Made by a program: the position numbers and the translations under genes. Positions 26,306 through 44,572 of a DNA stretch of 64,000 nucleotides are shown here, in pieces. Each line of letters starts with the position of its first letter. Position 1 is the stretch's first letter. Source of the stretch: Eledone cirrhosa. Lineage: Eukaryota. The stretch is from contig OZ024743.1 of the NCBI GenBank assembly GCA_964016885.1, positions 270,320,001 to 270,384,000 of the forward strand. Direction: 5' to 3'. Below the pieces are notes generated by a model. It ran no database searches, had not been told where the DNA came from, and saw only the letters and a list, made by a program, of their open reading frames with translations.

Positions 26306-27016
26306 ATATGTTTGTATGTGCGTGTGTGTGTGTATTGTAGTGTGTGCGTATGTGTGTGCACATATGGGTGTGTATGAATGTATCGATGTGGCGTTTAGTG
26401 TAGGTTAGAGTGTATGCCAGTGTGCGTGTGCACGCATAGATACACATTCATTTACTTACATCTAATGTATAGACACTTGATTGGGTGAAAAATAAGAGTA
26501 AAATAATTAATGTATGCATTAGATTGTTTTCTAAACTCTGAACTAATAAGAGAAGAGCACAGAGTCAGGAAATGTTGTATCGTATATGTTTTAATGAAAC
26601 TGAGTTCCCTTTATTGCTACACAGCTTTCACACCGCTGTGATTCCCATGAACTTCTTCCGGAGGTCGCAGTAACGTGAATACTGACCAAATACATATATA
26701 AGAGTCAGATTCAATAATATAACACAGACACAGAGACATACAGACATACATACACACACATACACACACACACCCAGACACACACACACACACCACATAC
26801 ACAAACACACCACATACACACGCACACAGGCACACATTTACATTTATCTATGATTTTTTTTAGCTTTAGTCGAATTACTAGTAGTTTCATAGAGTGATTT
26901 CTTGTTCGCACACATCTCGTATAAATATTTAAATATACTATTTAAGCTGTAACCTAATCACAGCTTAAAATACCCCCAGCTAAAATTTATTAATATTATA
27001 GTATTGTTTTATGATT

Positions 27017-27203
27017 GGTGGATTGTCAGTATCGGTAGAGGGTCGGACGCCATGCTTTGTAGCAAAGAGTTACGGCCCTTTAATATCTGAGTTCAAATCC
27101 CGCCGAGGTTAACTTTGCCTTTCATCCTTACAGGGTCGATAAAATAAAGTACCAGTAATGAACTAGGAAATTGCTGGCCTTGTGCCAAAAGTAGAAGCAA
27201 TTA
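27017..27203 (+). mobile_element. SINE family A, full length
   Basis: ggtggattgtcagtatcggtagagggtcggac...gagttcaaatcccgccgagg...agaagcaatt. Confidence 0.88.
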
Positions 27204-27742
27204 TATTATGATTGTTAGTGTTACTGACAATTACTATTTTTCAACTACACTACACATATATATTTATGTGTGTAAACGTACGCGTATGTATATTGTATGT
27301 ATATACATTAAAAGTATATGATTAAGATTTTAGTAAAGAATATATAATTACTAATTTGGAATAGAAAAACATAATGAGGAAGGCCAGGAGAAAGGAAGTA
27401 GATAATGAAAGGAAACAGAAAATAAGGAAAACGGAAAAGATGATGGATAAAAAGAAGGCAGCGGTGAAAGAAAACGGGCAAAGTAAATATAAAGGAAAGG
27501 AATTAAAAAAATAGAGGAACGAGAGAATGACAAATGACTGGCCCGAAGGAAAGAAAGAAGGAAAATAGTAAGACATGTAAGAGAAAATGAAAACAACAAC
27601 AAGGGTTGACTAAATACGTACAATCGAAAGAAAAGTGAATGAGTCTGAGCAGAAGAAAGGGGGAGTTTGACGAGGATATTCGCTGCCATTAATCAAGGAG
27701 TTATTTCTTTTCATCTTGGCACGTGTTGGTGGGATATATTTG

Positions 27743-27785
<43 letters not shown>

Positions 27786-28214
27786 GATGGGTGCCCCCTC
27801 GTTATCGAGCATGGCCATTGCACGTTATACCATTATTAATAATTATTAATTAATTCTATCGTGAAATGCCTGTGCAACAAAATATTTTTTAAAGTGAGGA
27901 AAGACTGTGCACTGAGCCAATCCCACTCCCTGAACGACTGTAGCTATAACCCGAAAAGAAGAAAAGAGCAACATCATCGGTAACGACTGAGCCGCAGGTT
28001 TTATATCGGAGTTATCCCAGTTTCCCGAGTTGCCTTCTAGAAGAATTCTCTGACAAAGGCTAGGGGTCCTTCACTCCCAGTGGTTTAACCGCGCGGTACA
28101 TGTCTATATACATATTTAGACACTTTCGGATGGCCGTTGACTCTTATGAGTTCTTCCGCTCTTTGTCAGGTTTTGTTTTTTGTCCTGCAGGGTGTCCAAA
28201 ATCACGCTCCTCAC

Positions 28215-28294
<80 letters not shown>

Positions 28295-28419
28295 GAAGGT
28301 GAGTAATATTGTAGAACAATAAAACTATGCATAAATCAGATAAGTAGCACTCGACAGTTGGTAGAACTGGTGTATATATAATAAAGATGAAATAAAGATG
28401 GTTATAAGAGTTCCATATA

Positions 28420-28485
28420 TTTCATTATACGTATTTCGAATACAAAATCATCCTGGGACAGATGTTGTGTTCTCTTCAGATAAAA
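28420..28485 (-). ncRNA. Type I hammerhead ribozyme motif (second, mutated copy at 31461-31523 +)
   Basis: ttttat-CTGAAGA-gaa...ttc-GAAA-tacgta-TA-atgaaa, with a palindromic stem III. Confidence 0.75.
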
Positions 28486-28960
28486 AATAAGGTTCAATGC
28501 TATGAGACACAATAGCACTTGTTTATAGGAAAGTGCTAAGTCTACATATGACAGAAATATATGTGTTATTACTATAGTAAGAAATAGATAGGAAAAAGGA
28601 GAAGGAAAAAAGAAGAGAAAAAAAGGAAAAAGAAAGAGAAGAAAGAAAAAAAGGAGGAAGAGAGAGAGTGAGAGAGAAAGAGAGACTTTTAATCATGGAC
28701 GCTGTCAAATTGAAAACAGCTGTAAATAACGGTTAAAAAATAAATTGATGAGGTGTATGTGCGAATATTATAGAAGGTATTCAAATATTAGAGGTCTAAA
28801 TATAGAAACTGTGTATATTATTTTATAAGGGTTTAAATTAGTTTAAGAAGTGTAAAAATGTATTAATAAAATAAATATAAAAAGATTTTTATAAAATTAA
28901 AATAGTCTATCTTTGTCAAAGTTAATAATTTCTAATAAAAATATATATGTGGCGTATACT

Positions 28961-30802
28961 ACGATTAGTCTGAACGATCATAAAAGAAATTTTCGAACGG
29001 ACATGCCTGTAAGACTAATTGCGCCTTCTAAGTCTGACTTAGAGGTTGTTAGTAAATCCATCTTGGATAGAATTATCCCACAGGTTAAGAATAAATCTCA
29101 ACTAAATTTATGGTTGGGTTCATCTGAAGTAATAGACTGGTTCAATGACTTAAAATATAATAACAAACTGAAATTTATTGAATTAGACATTGCTAGCTAT
29201 TACTCTTCTATTTCTCCTTCACTCCTAAACAAGGCTCTCTCATATGCTTTAAAATATTACTAGTGACGAAATAAACATCATTCTCACCGCTAGGAAAACC
29301 ATCTTGGAATTGAAGAAAGAATATTGGACAAGAGCGGATACTTCCAACAATTTGGACATCACCATGGGTTCTTCGGATTCAGCTCAAAAGACCGACTTAG
29401 TTGGAATTTTCATCTTGAATTCTTTACACCCGAAAATACTCCAACTTTGCCGTGGGATTTATCGTGATGATGCTCTCTTTACTGTCTCTAATTATAACAC
29501 TGTAAACTTTAATATACTTAAGAAAAAATACTTGATCTATTTAAGCATCTTAACTTAAAAATTGAATTCGAGAATAATGATAAACTAGCAAATTTCCTTG
29601 ATATATCCCTTAATCTAGACACCGGCCTATATTACCCATATCATAAGGATAATGAGAACTTAAATTACGTTAAATTTAAATCTAACCACCCTAATAACGT
29701 TAAAACTGCCATAGTCAAAAGCGTAGAAAAAAGAATTTCTAATTTATCCTCTAATAAGAATATATTCGAAGCTAATGCCAACTATTATAATAATGCGCTA
29801 TCTAGGGCTGGATATCTAGACAAAATTAGGTAGACTAAAGAACATAATCTTGGCAGAGGTTATAATAACTCTAGTAATGTAGCTAGTAATAATCATACTG
29901 CTAACAAAAGGAGACCTAGTTAGAAAAAATATCCTTGGGTACAACGCTCCCTTCTCTCTTTCTGTTATTAATAATATCCCTAAATTATGTTTTAGGGCAT
30001 TAAATAACAGCTTCTCTCCTTCACACACATATATATATAGCAAGCTTTTCAATAGGTATACTATTAAATTCTCGTATTCTACTACTTCGAACATTTCAAA
30101 AATTATCTCAAGACATAATTCTAAAATAATAACTTATATGCATCCAACATTGAGAGTCATAATAATAACAGTATAAGGCACGACGTCAATGTAAACTCTA
30201 GGCAAAATAACACAAGTATAAATACGACGTCAAATGTAACTTTGAGGAATGCATCAAATAGTAATGTAAATCTAGAAACTTTAGCACTTCCTTCAGTTAA
30301 TTACACCACTCCTGATGCAAATATGATTAATCCTGGGCCACTTGCCAATAATTGTGTAAATGATCTTAATCGTAAATGCAACTGCCCTAGAACTAATTGT
30401 CCTCTTAGTAATTTCTGTCTCGATAAAAACCTAGTATACGAATGTAAAGTTGTAACTAGTACAAATTCCTATACCTACATTGGCTCTACTTCTACCTCCT
30501 TTAAAGCAAGATTCTATAATAATTTTTCTACGTTTAAATCTCCACTTAAAAGGACCAGCACCGCACTCTCAGAACTTATTTGGTCCTTAAAAGACAAAAA
30601 ACATAAATTACTAAATTTCTTGGCGTAAAATCTACAACGCATCTCCATACTCCAATGCTTCCATATCTAGTGTTTGTAATTCATGTCTAGCAGAAAATTT
30701 ACCATTATCTCGAATTTCAACACAATAATAAATCGAAGAACCGATTTATTTGGACTTTGTAATCATAAATCCTACAAGACCTTTCACAAAGTATATAGCT
30801 GA
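28961..30802 (+). pseudogene. Disrupted PLE RT + GIY-YIG ORF
   Basis: Fragments DHKRNF..VRLIAPSKSD, LDIASYYSSI, MGSSDSAQ, IYRDD, CNC..CPL..C, VY..YIGSTST, and LCNHK, with multiple frameshifts and stops. Confidence 0.92.
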
Positions 30803-31798
30803 TGTCCTATAACATATTCCACGAGTCACTGTTATCCTTACACATCTTTCATTATATTATACAATGTATTGTTTTCTCATTATATATTAAGCCTTTAATC
30901 TTCTTTTGCATTGCCTTAGATTTTCGCTCAAAACTTCGTAGATTTTGTAAACAAAAGATGACGTCATATTATAATAGATTTTATCTACGTTTTTTCAACG
31001 TTTATAAATCCTTCTAGCAATTTCCTTTATTTACTTGATGATATAAAATAAAACTTAAATAGTATACCCCACATATATATTTTTACTAGAAATTATTAAC
31101 TTTGACATAGATAGACTATTTTAATTTTATAAAAAATCTTTTTATATTTATTTTATTAATACATTTTTACACTTCTTAAAATATTCGCACATACACCTCA
31201 TCAATTTATTTTTTAACCGTATTTTAAATCGAAAACAGCTGTTTTCAATTTGACAGCGTCCATGATTAAAAGTTTCTCTTTCTCTCTCTCTCTTCTTTTT
31301 TTCTTTCTTCTCTTTCTTTTTCCTTTTTTTCTCTTCTTTCCTTTTCTTCTCCTTTTTCCTATCTATTTCTTACTATAATAATAACATATTTCTGTCATAT
31401 GTAGACTTAGCACTTTCCTATAAACAAGTGGTATTATGTCTCATATCATTTTACCTTATTTTTTATCTGAAGAGAACACATCTGTCCCACAATGATTTTG
31501 TATTCGAAATAGGTATAAAAAATATATGGAACTCTTATAACCATCTTTATTTCATCTTTATTATATATATATATATATACACACGAATATACAAATATGT
31601 GTAGATATTGCATATGTAATAATGATTATGGAGTGTGATGATTATGCTTACAGGTGTATGATTTCGTAAACAGTTCGACAAAAAATAAGACTTGGAAATA
31701 TGGGGTCGATAAAATAGTTAAAATTATGCCGGTGCCTAATATGATCGGAGTCACATGACTGACACCACCAAAAGTAATGATATATATATGCACACACG

Positions 31799-31833
<35 letters not shown>

Positions 31834-31834
<1 letters not shown>

Positions 31835-33001
31835 AATTAATATGTATGTGATGAAACACAGATACCAACACATCTGTATATATATTGTGAAAGAAAAATT
31901 TAGCCAGATTGAAGTATACTAATTATTATACTACAGTTTGTCCATATCGATTTAAAATAATAAATCAACGGAGACGAACTGTATTGGCAAAAGGCCGTGA
32001 TGTTTAGACACATTTAAATTTCAAAACCAAACCTGTTCCGTAGATAAGTTTAGACTTTAAGATCCAAATATGTTTCGAGTTAAATAAGTGTAGGAATATC
32101 ATGTCCCGCACTCCTCAGTAAACATCCAGAGACAAATTGATATGCTTCATTTCTAAATAATTTAAAAGACTGCGTGGCGCACATGGCTTTACAGTATCTA
32201 ACTAGTCTCATAACCGTACTGCTAGAAATAACAGTCGTGTATATGAGGCGGCTTTGCAGCTCAAACTAGGAGCAGATTAAAATTAATAAGGTAATGAATT
32301 CTTTTACAATGGAATCAGCTCGAATGAGGAAAAATATATCCCTGAGCAGTGTATAAATTAATATGTATGTGATGAAACATACATATTAATTTATACATAC
32401 ATATTAATTTATACACTGCTCAGGGGATATATTTTTCCTCATTCGAGCTGATTCCATTGTAAAAGAATTCATTACCTTATTAATTTTAATCTGCTCCTAG
32501 TTTGAGCTGCAAAGCCGCCTCATATACACGACTGTTATTTCTAGCAGTACGGTTATGAGACTAGTTAGATACTGTAAAGCCATGTGCGCCACGCAGTCTT
32601 TTAAATTATTTAGAAGTGAAGCATATCAATTTGTCTCTGGATGTTTACTGAGGAATGCGGGACATGATACTCCTACACTTATTTAACTCGAAACATATTT
32701 GGATCTTAAAGTCTAAACTTATCTACGGAGCAGGTTTGATTTTGAAATTTAAATGTGTCTAAACATCACGGCCTTTTGCCAATACAGTTCGTCTCCGTTG
32801 ATTTATTATTTTAAATCGATATGGACAAACTGTAGTATAATAATTAGTATACTTCAATCTGGCTAAATTTTTCTTTCACAATATATATACAGATGTGTTG
32901 GTATCTGTGTTTCATCACATACATATTAATTTATACACTGCTCAGGGGATATATTTTTCCTCATTCGAGCTGATTCCATTGTAAAAGAATTCATTACCTT
33001 A

Positions 33002-33006
<5 letters not shown>
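31834..33006. mobile_element. Non-coding ~520-bp HHR-bearing unit, present as an inverted copy plus a direct copy with terminal redundancy (non-autonomous PLE / retrozyme-like)
   Basis: 31834-32380 is the reverse complement of ~32400-32935. An ~87-bp direct repeat lies at 32398-32484 and 32920-33006. Flanked by (TA)n and homologous to 54096-55012. Confidence 0.8.
32643..32718 (+). ncRNA. Hammerhead-like motif (inverted copy at 32048-32123)
   Basis: gttta-CTGAGGA-...-GAAAC-atatttggatcttaaa-GTC-taaac; stem I gttta/taaac is perfect, the stem II base is imperfect. Confidence 0.6.
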
Positions 33007-33081
<75 letters not shown>

Positions 33082-33411
33082 TTATTTTATTTTATAAATT
33101 GCTCTGATTAATAAGTATTTAATTAATTGTTCATTGAGGCACACCGTGAATGGTTGCCTAATGTATATATATATCTGTGACTTAGTCTAATTTATATATA
33201 TATACCCTTTGAATTTAATATATACTCCCGTAAGGTTGAGAAAAACTTTAGGCAGTATTCGGCTGCGCTTTCTAGCAACCAGCCTACTCGCCGACAGGCA
33301 CCAATCATAAAAACTTTCTGCCTTAACCACTGGCCACGTGATGGTTCTTAGCCATTTTGAATTCATTTCGGCGGGGATCATGGTAGAAGAATCTTAGTCC
33401 AGTCTGGGGTA

Positions 33412-33494
33412 TCTCCTGATGAGTCCGAGCCTCGTGGATTTATCCAAGGCCGGATATATCCAAAAAATGGAACGAAATCACCGGTTGGTAGAGA
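33412..33494 (+). ncRNA. Type I hammerhead ribozyme within a non-coding insert (~33077-33750) between TA tracts
   Basis: tctc-CTGATGA-gtcc...ggaac-GAAA-tcaccggttg-GTA-gaga. Confidence 0.78.
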
Positions 33495-33769
33495 CGATGA
33501 GAATGTTGGTAATATTTATGTGCATTTTTTTCTTCTAATTTATCTAATCAATTTCTACAGGCTAGGAGAAAAACCAGGTAAATGTCATATGGTTGTACAT
33601 CGCGGAAAAGAATCTGTATCATTTGTCTATTATTTCTTCATAAGTACATTTTAATCTTATAGCCTCGTTTAAATGATTTTTTTGGTTAATTTATATTTAT
33701 TGGGAGAGGAAGTACTGTATATATTTTATCTAATGATTCTTTGGACTTACATTTATATATATATATGTA

Positions 33770-36333
<2,564 letters not shown>

Positions 36334-36539
36334 TTGCCATATTTGGACAATGAACAATGTGAAAGAGAACTCACTATCTGGGCAAAGTAAAACATATATG
36401 CTGAATAGTAACTCAACATAATATGATGTTACTTTAAGTTTCATACCTGCAGGGTGTCATTGAGAAAACCTTAGTCTATACCTACACACACACACATGTA
36501 TATATATACATATATATATATACATGAGATCTATTCTTG

Positions 36540-36784
36540 GCTGTGAGATCCATACTTGGACCGGGTGATGCGTTGTGTTCTTGAGTAAGATATTTTTCTC
36601 GTTGTACCAGTTTACTCACTTGTAGAAATGAGTTGCAATGTCACTGGTACCAGGTTATATCGGCGATTACCTTTCCTTTGGGCAACATTGGTGGCGTGGA
36701 GAAAGGAGACTGGTATGCAAGAGCGACTGCTGGTCTTCCATAAACAAACTTGCTCGGACTTTTGGCTCGGAGGGTGTCTTTACT

Positions 36785-36785
<1 letters not shown>
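36540..36785 (+). mobile_element. Diverged SINE (related to family B)
   Basis: ttggaccgggtgatgcgttgtgttcttgagtaaga is shared with the 21640-21841 element. Confidence 0.6.
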
Positions 36786-36854
<69 letters not shown>

Positions 36855-37534
36855 CAGTGTGCTCGTGTATCTGAATTTATGGAGGTTTAATATGTTTAAG
36901 TTTGTATGAATGTATATGCGCGTAAATATATTGGCATCAGTTAATTCGCCACCACAGTCCATCACCACCACCAACACCACCACCACTACCACCACCACCA
37001 CCAACACCAATAACCACAACGACAACAAAATCAACATCAATACTATCATCACCACAACCACCAGCACCACCCCACTATCACCCCTCAATACACCACTACC
37101 AATACCACCCCTACGCCCGCCCCTTAATATATCCAATATCATCACAACCACCACCACCACCACCAACACCCACCTCAATACACTCACCCCGCCAACCCTC
37201 AATACACTCCAACACCACCACCAACACTATCACCACCACCACTATCACCACTACTACTTCTTAAACCTTATCTCACAAAAATTCTTTTTACCCGTCTCAC
37301 CTACACGGCTTTTCTCGTATATCATCCATTTATCTCGTATACGTGTACCCCAACTTACACACATACAGACACACAGACACATATGATATATGTGTGTGCG
37401 TGTGTATGTACGTATGGTATGTATGTGTTTATGCATATATATATATATATATATACTATACGCACTCTCACGCATACATACAAATATATATATATATACA
37501 TATATATACACACATACATACATACATACATACA

Positions 37535-37570
<36 letters not shown>

Positions 37571-38280
37571 TATATATACACACATTTCACTAACCCATAC
37601 ATACAGGGAACAGCAAAACCACTGACTACGCCGCGTTAACCAAGAATTTAATGACCACACGTAAACACACACACGTATACATACATTCGCTTCATACGCG
37701 CACACACGAGTGCTGTGGTGTTGGGGGTATAGTTTAATGTGTGTGTCTGTGTGTGTGTGTGGGGGGGGGGGGACAATGAACGCATCTTATTGTAAGTTGT
37801 ACTATTATGGCCTTGTTCTGAGGCAAATCTTGAACTTAAAACACTTATCTATTCTCTTTAAACGTCCCCAAGGGACACAGATATACTAATTAACATATTT
37901 TTTCTCCCTTCTCTGTTTTTTTTTTCTTTGGTACAATGGTTCAGGGGATAAGATATGACATTAATAAACTCTTGCATTGTGAGTTCGAATAAGGTATAGG
38001 TATGACGCTGTATTTATTTTTTTACTCAATTCAGATAAATATGAAACATTTACTTGTACTACTTCATAAGGAATATAAATCACATTTGACCTTCTAAACC
38101 ACGTCCCAAACCTCGCGTCAAAACAATCAACGACCTGATACAATGACTGGTATGGGGATGATGGATATCAACAGGCTGCAGTCGAATTACGTAATTTCTG
38201 AAAATGTTCTGTTAGTAAGCTAGTCAGGTGATTTTTCTGGTTTTGTCAATATCTCCTTAAAGATTTTTGCAAATACACCA

Positions 38281-39060
38281 TGTTTGGTGTTAATTGATAT
38301 ATAGAGGGGTATTGGAAGAGAGTTCCGTATAATAGATATAGAGAGGGGGGAGAGTTGGTGCTAATTGATATAGAGGTGGAGTTGGAAGAGAGTGTTGTAT
38401 GGTTGATGTAGAGAGAGTGAACATTTGGTGGCATTGAATAGAGTGAGAGGATTGATATATATAGAGAAGAGGAGAGTTTGGTAGTGATGGATAGTGAAAG
38501 AGGGAATGAGAGAGAGTGTTGTATAGTAGATATAGAGAGGGGAATAGTTTGGTAGCATTTGATATAGTGAGGGGGTTTGGGTGAGTGTGTTGTACATTGG
38601 ATATAATGAGGGGGAGAGATTGATGTTTATTGATGCAGAGAGGGGTCTTCGAATAGAATTCCGTGTATTAGTTATATAGAGGGGGAGAGTTTGATGTTAA
38701 TTGATATAGAGCGGTGGATTGGAAGAGAGTACTGTGTAGTAGATATAGTGAGGGGAAAAATTTGTAGTAGAGATACTGTAGTAGATATACAGAGACGAAA
38801 AATGGGAGAATTCCATGTAGTAGATATAGAGAGGATGAGAGTTTAGGGGTGATTGATATACAGAGGGGGATTGGGAGAGATAAATGTAGATATCTATAGG
38901 GAGTGAGTAAGTGTATTAGTCTTAGATATAGAGAGTAGGATAAGAGAGGTGGTGCCATGGTAGATATAGAGAGGTGTAGACTTTGGATTTAGTAGATACA
39001 GAGAGGGGGATTAAAAGAGAGCTTTGTGTGATAGACATAGAAAGGAGGACAGTTTGCTGG
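38281..39060. repeat. Degenerate purine-rich minisatellite, period about 68-70 bp
   Basis: Recurrent gatatagagaggggg(a)gagtttggtgttaatt and gatatagagagggg.attggaagagagt subunits. Confidence 0.7.
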
Positions 39061-39477
39061 CAGTCTCGAGTCCCAAATAATAGGAGCGAGGGCAATAATG
39101 AGGTGAGGGGGGGGGGGGCATTGGGAAGTCAGTAATTGTGTAGTGTACGTTCGTGAATATGGGATTTCTTGTAATGTTCTTCTTTTGTCATATATTATGT
39201 TTTTTTAAAATATAAATTAAAGTTATTATTAGATTCTCCAGCTGCTGTATCAATATGAATCAGTTACAATAACATTTCGCCGGAAATAGATTAACAGAAT
39301 TTAATAAGCAGGTGGGTGGGGGGCTGTGACAAATTAATTAGTACGGGATGGAGACGATTATTCAAGACCTGAGAGTACGTGAATTATTGACAGACGTAAG
39401 AATGAAAACTGAAAACTGAAGTAGAGTTTAAATATTCATTTATTATGGTTAATCCTTGTTACTCTGGAGTCTCAACT

Positions 39478-39555
39478 GCTGAGCTACAGCCGTTTCGACA
39501 GCTTGATCTGATTTAGCTAGTTCGGATCTAGCTGTCGAAACGGCTGGGGCTCAGC
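39478..39555. other. Isolated 78-nt hairpin (34-bp stem, 10-nt loop)
   Basis: gctgagctacagccgtttcgacagcttgatctga-tttagctagt-tcggatctagctgtcgaaacggctggggctcagc. Confidence 0.85.
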
Positions 39556-39652
39556 CGTCGTGGTCTTGCATCTTTTCATATTACTCACTCTACTACCTCA
39601 AGTATCGATTACTCTGGTGTGTTATGGTCTATCTGGTTTTCACCACACCCTA

Positions 39653-39691
<39 letters not shown>

Positions 39692-39765
39692 GTAATATAT
39701 ATGTATAAATCTCGTGTCTAAAATTACGAGGGTATAAGATACCACTAATGTAATACTATATAATT

Positions 39766-39948
39766 GTTTCTACTTTGGCACAAGGCCAGCAATTATCCCA
39801 GTGCATTACTGGTACTTTATTTTATCGACCCCCGTAAGGATGAAAGTCAAAGTTTACCTCGGCGAGATTTGAACTCAGATCATAAAGGGAGGTAACTCTA
39901 TGCTTCAAAGCATGGCGCTCGACCCTCTACCGATATTGCCAATCTACC
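39766..39948 (-). mobile_element. SINE family A with a 12-bp TSD
   Basis: Reverse complement of the family A consensus; tactatataatt occurs at 39754-39765 and 39949-39960. Confidence 0.88.
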
Positions 39949-40058
39949 TACTATATAATTTTCGGTATTTATACTTTGAGTTTGTACCTATATGAGTTAA
40001 CTCTATATTTTATTTGTATATGTATGTATATATATATATATATTAATATATATATATA

Positions 40059-40114
<56 letters not shown>

Positions 40115-40683
40115 TATATATATATATATATATATTAATATATATATTAATATATATATATATATATTAATATATATATATATTAATATATATATATATA
40201 TATTTATATATATTAATATATATATACATATATATATATATATTAATATATATATATATATATATATTAATATATATATATATACATATTAATATATATA
40301 TACATATTAATATATATATATACATATTAATATATATATATATATACATATTAATATATATATATACATATTAATATATATATATATATATATACATATT
40401 AATATATATTTATATACATATTAATATATATATATACATATTAATATATATATATATACATATAATATATATATACATATACATAATATATATACATAAT
40501 ATATATATATATACATATTAATATATATATATTAATATATATATATATTTCATATAAATATAAATATATTAATATATATATATATAAATATATTAATATA
40601 TATATATATAAATATATATATATTAATATATATATATATATTAATATATATATATTAATATATATATATTAATATATATATAT

Positions 40684-40717
<34 letters not shown>

Positions 40718-40764
40718 TAATATATATATTAATATATATATATATATATAAATATATATATATA

Positions 40765-40848
<84 letters not shown>

Positions 40849-41289
40849 TAATATTATATATATATATATATATTAACATATATATATATATATATATATT
40901 AATATATCTATATATATATTAATATATATATATATTAATATATATATATATATATTAATATATATATATATTAATATATATATATATTAATATATCTATA
41001 TATATATTAATATATATATATATACATATTAATATATATATACATATTAATATATATATATTACATATTAATATATATATATATATACATATTAATATAT
41101 ATATATACATATTAATATATATGTATACATATTAATATTATATATATATATACATATTAATATATATATATATATACATATTAATATATATATATTACAT
41201 AATATATATATATATACATATTAATATATATATATATATATACATAATATATATATATACATATTAATATATATATAAATATACATAAT

Positions 41290-41592
41290 ATATAAAGAAA
41301 AAGTGATGAAATCGAAAATGCAACTGGAGTCTTATTTAAAAAAAAAATATATATATTTATTTGGTTCCATTACCGGTTTCACAGTTCTTCTGCTTTTCAA
41401 AGGTGAGTTGAGATGGAGGGTCTGTGGTTTTTCTCACTGAGATGTGAGAAAAACCACAGACCCACCATCTCAACTCACCTTTTGAAAAGCAGAAGAACTG
41501 CGAAACCGGTAAAGGAACCAAATAAATATATATATTTTAAAAAATAATAAGACCCCAGTTGCATTTTCGATTTCATCTCTATTTCTTTATAT
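41290..41592. mobile_element. ~300-bp near-perfect palindrome of a PLE 3' end containing an HHR
   Basis: Arms meet at ...tttttctcac-tgagat-gtgagaaaaa...; HHR at 41478-41515. Confidence 0.8.
41478..41515 (+). ncRNA. Minimal type I hammerhead, U3-A8 variant
   Basis: cctt-TTGAAAA-gcag(aagaa)ctgc-GAAA-ccg-GTA-aagg; stem III accggt is palindromic. Confidence 0.72.
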
Positions 41593-41799
41593 ATTATGTA
41601 TATATATTAATATATATATATATTAATATTTATATATATATATATATTAATATATTTATTAATATATATATATTAATATATATATATTAATATATTTATA
41701 TATATATTAATATATATATATTAAATATATATATATTAATATATATATATATAAATATATATATATTAATATATATATATTAATATATATATATATATT

Positions 41800-41830
<31 letters not shown>

Positions 41831-41875
41831 TAATATATATATATATTAATATATATATATTAATATATATATATA

Positions 41876-41907
<32 letters not shown>

Positions 41908-41968
41908 TAATATATATATATAAATATTATATATATATATATATATTATATATAAATATATATATATA

Positions 41969-43081
<1,113 letters not shown>

Positions 43082-43165
43082 TATATATATATATATAGAG
43101 AGATATATATATTAATATATATATATATATATATATTAATATATATATAATAATATATATATATT

Positions 43166-43210
<45 letters not shown>

Positions 43211-43636
43211 TATATATATATATATATATATATTAATATATATATATATATATATATATTAATATATATATATATTATATTAATATATATATATATATAT
43301 TAACATATATATATTAACATATATATATTAACATATATATTAATATATATATATATATATATATATATTAATATATATATATATATATATTAATATATAT
43401 ATATATATTAATATATATATATATATATATATTAATATATATATATATATATATTAATATATATATATATATTAATATATATATATATATTAATACATAT
43501 ATATATATATATATATATTAATATATATAAAATATTTTTCCCAATATCACACATCAATCTAAGACTACCTTTCATATGTTGATTTAAAACTGCACTATCC
43601 ACAAGTGTTTTTTAGCCTTCATATCATGTCCTCCTG

Positions 43637-43703
43637 TTTTATCTGATGAAAACACAAATATTATTGCATGATGATGTTTATTTTTGAAATGCGCATAATA
43701 AAA
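43637..43703 (+). ncRNA. Type I hammerhead within a ~210-bp PLE 3'-end fragment (43530-43740)
   Basis: ttttat-CTGATGA-aaac...tttt-GAAA-tgcgca-TA-ataaaa. The downstream atggaactc.tt..aaccatctt resembles the 31520-31560 tail. Confidence 0.78.
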
Positions 43704-43788
43704 TACATGGAACTCCTTTAACCATCTTTTGATCTTATATATTATATTAATATATATATATATATATATTAATATATATATATATATA

Positions 43789-43956
<168 letters not shown>

Positions 43957-43990
43957 TATATATATATATATATTAGTATATATATATATT

Positions 43991-44023
<33 letters not shown>

Positions 44024-44088
44024 TAATATATATATATATATTAATATATATATATATATATATATTAATATATATATATATATATATA

Positions 44089-44147
<59 letters not shown>

Positions 44148-44153
44148 TATATA

Positions 44154-44221
<68 letters not shown>

Positions 44222-44235
44222 TATATATATATATT

Positions 44236-44268
<33 letters not shown>

Positions 44269-44287
44269 TAATATATATATATATATA

Positions 44288-44321
<34 letters not shown>

Positions 44322-44407
44322 TATATATATATATATATATATATATTAATATATATATATATATATATATATATTAATATATATATTAATATATATATAA
44401 TTATATA

Positions 44408-44443
<36 letters not shown>

Positions 44444-44477
44444 TTAATATATATATTAATATATCTATAATTATATA

Positions 44478-44572
<95 letters not shown>

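Larger units (their letters stand above)
28295..31565 (+). mobile_element. 5'-truncated Penelope-like element (C-terminal GIY-YIG type) with an inverted copy of its 3' end at the 5' side
   Basis: Arms 28376-28960 and 31061-31565 are reverse complements, each with an HHR. An RT/EN remnant lies between them and microsatellites flank the element. Confidence 0.9.

Noticed and set aside
31834-32935. A-to-G editing between the two inverted arms
   Set aside because: The few differences are transitions in both directions and are not strand-biased.
37930-38280. Possible host exon or transposase remnant in complex sequence
   Set aside because: Stops occur in the frames I read and I recognise no motif; a translated search would be needed.
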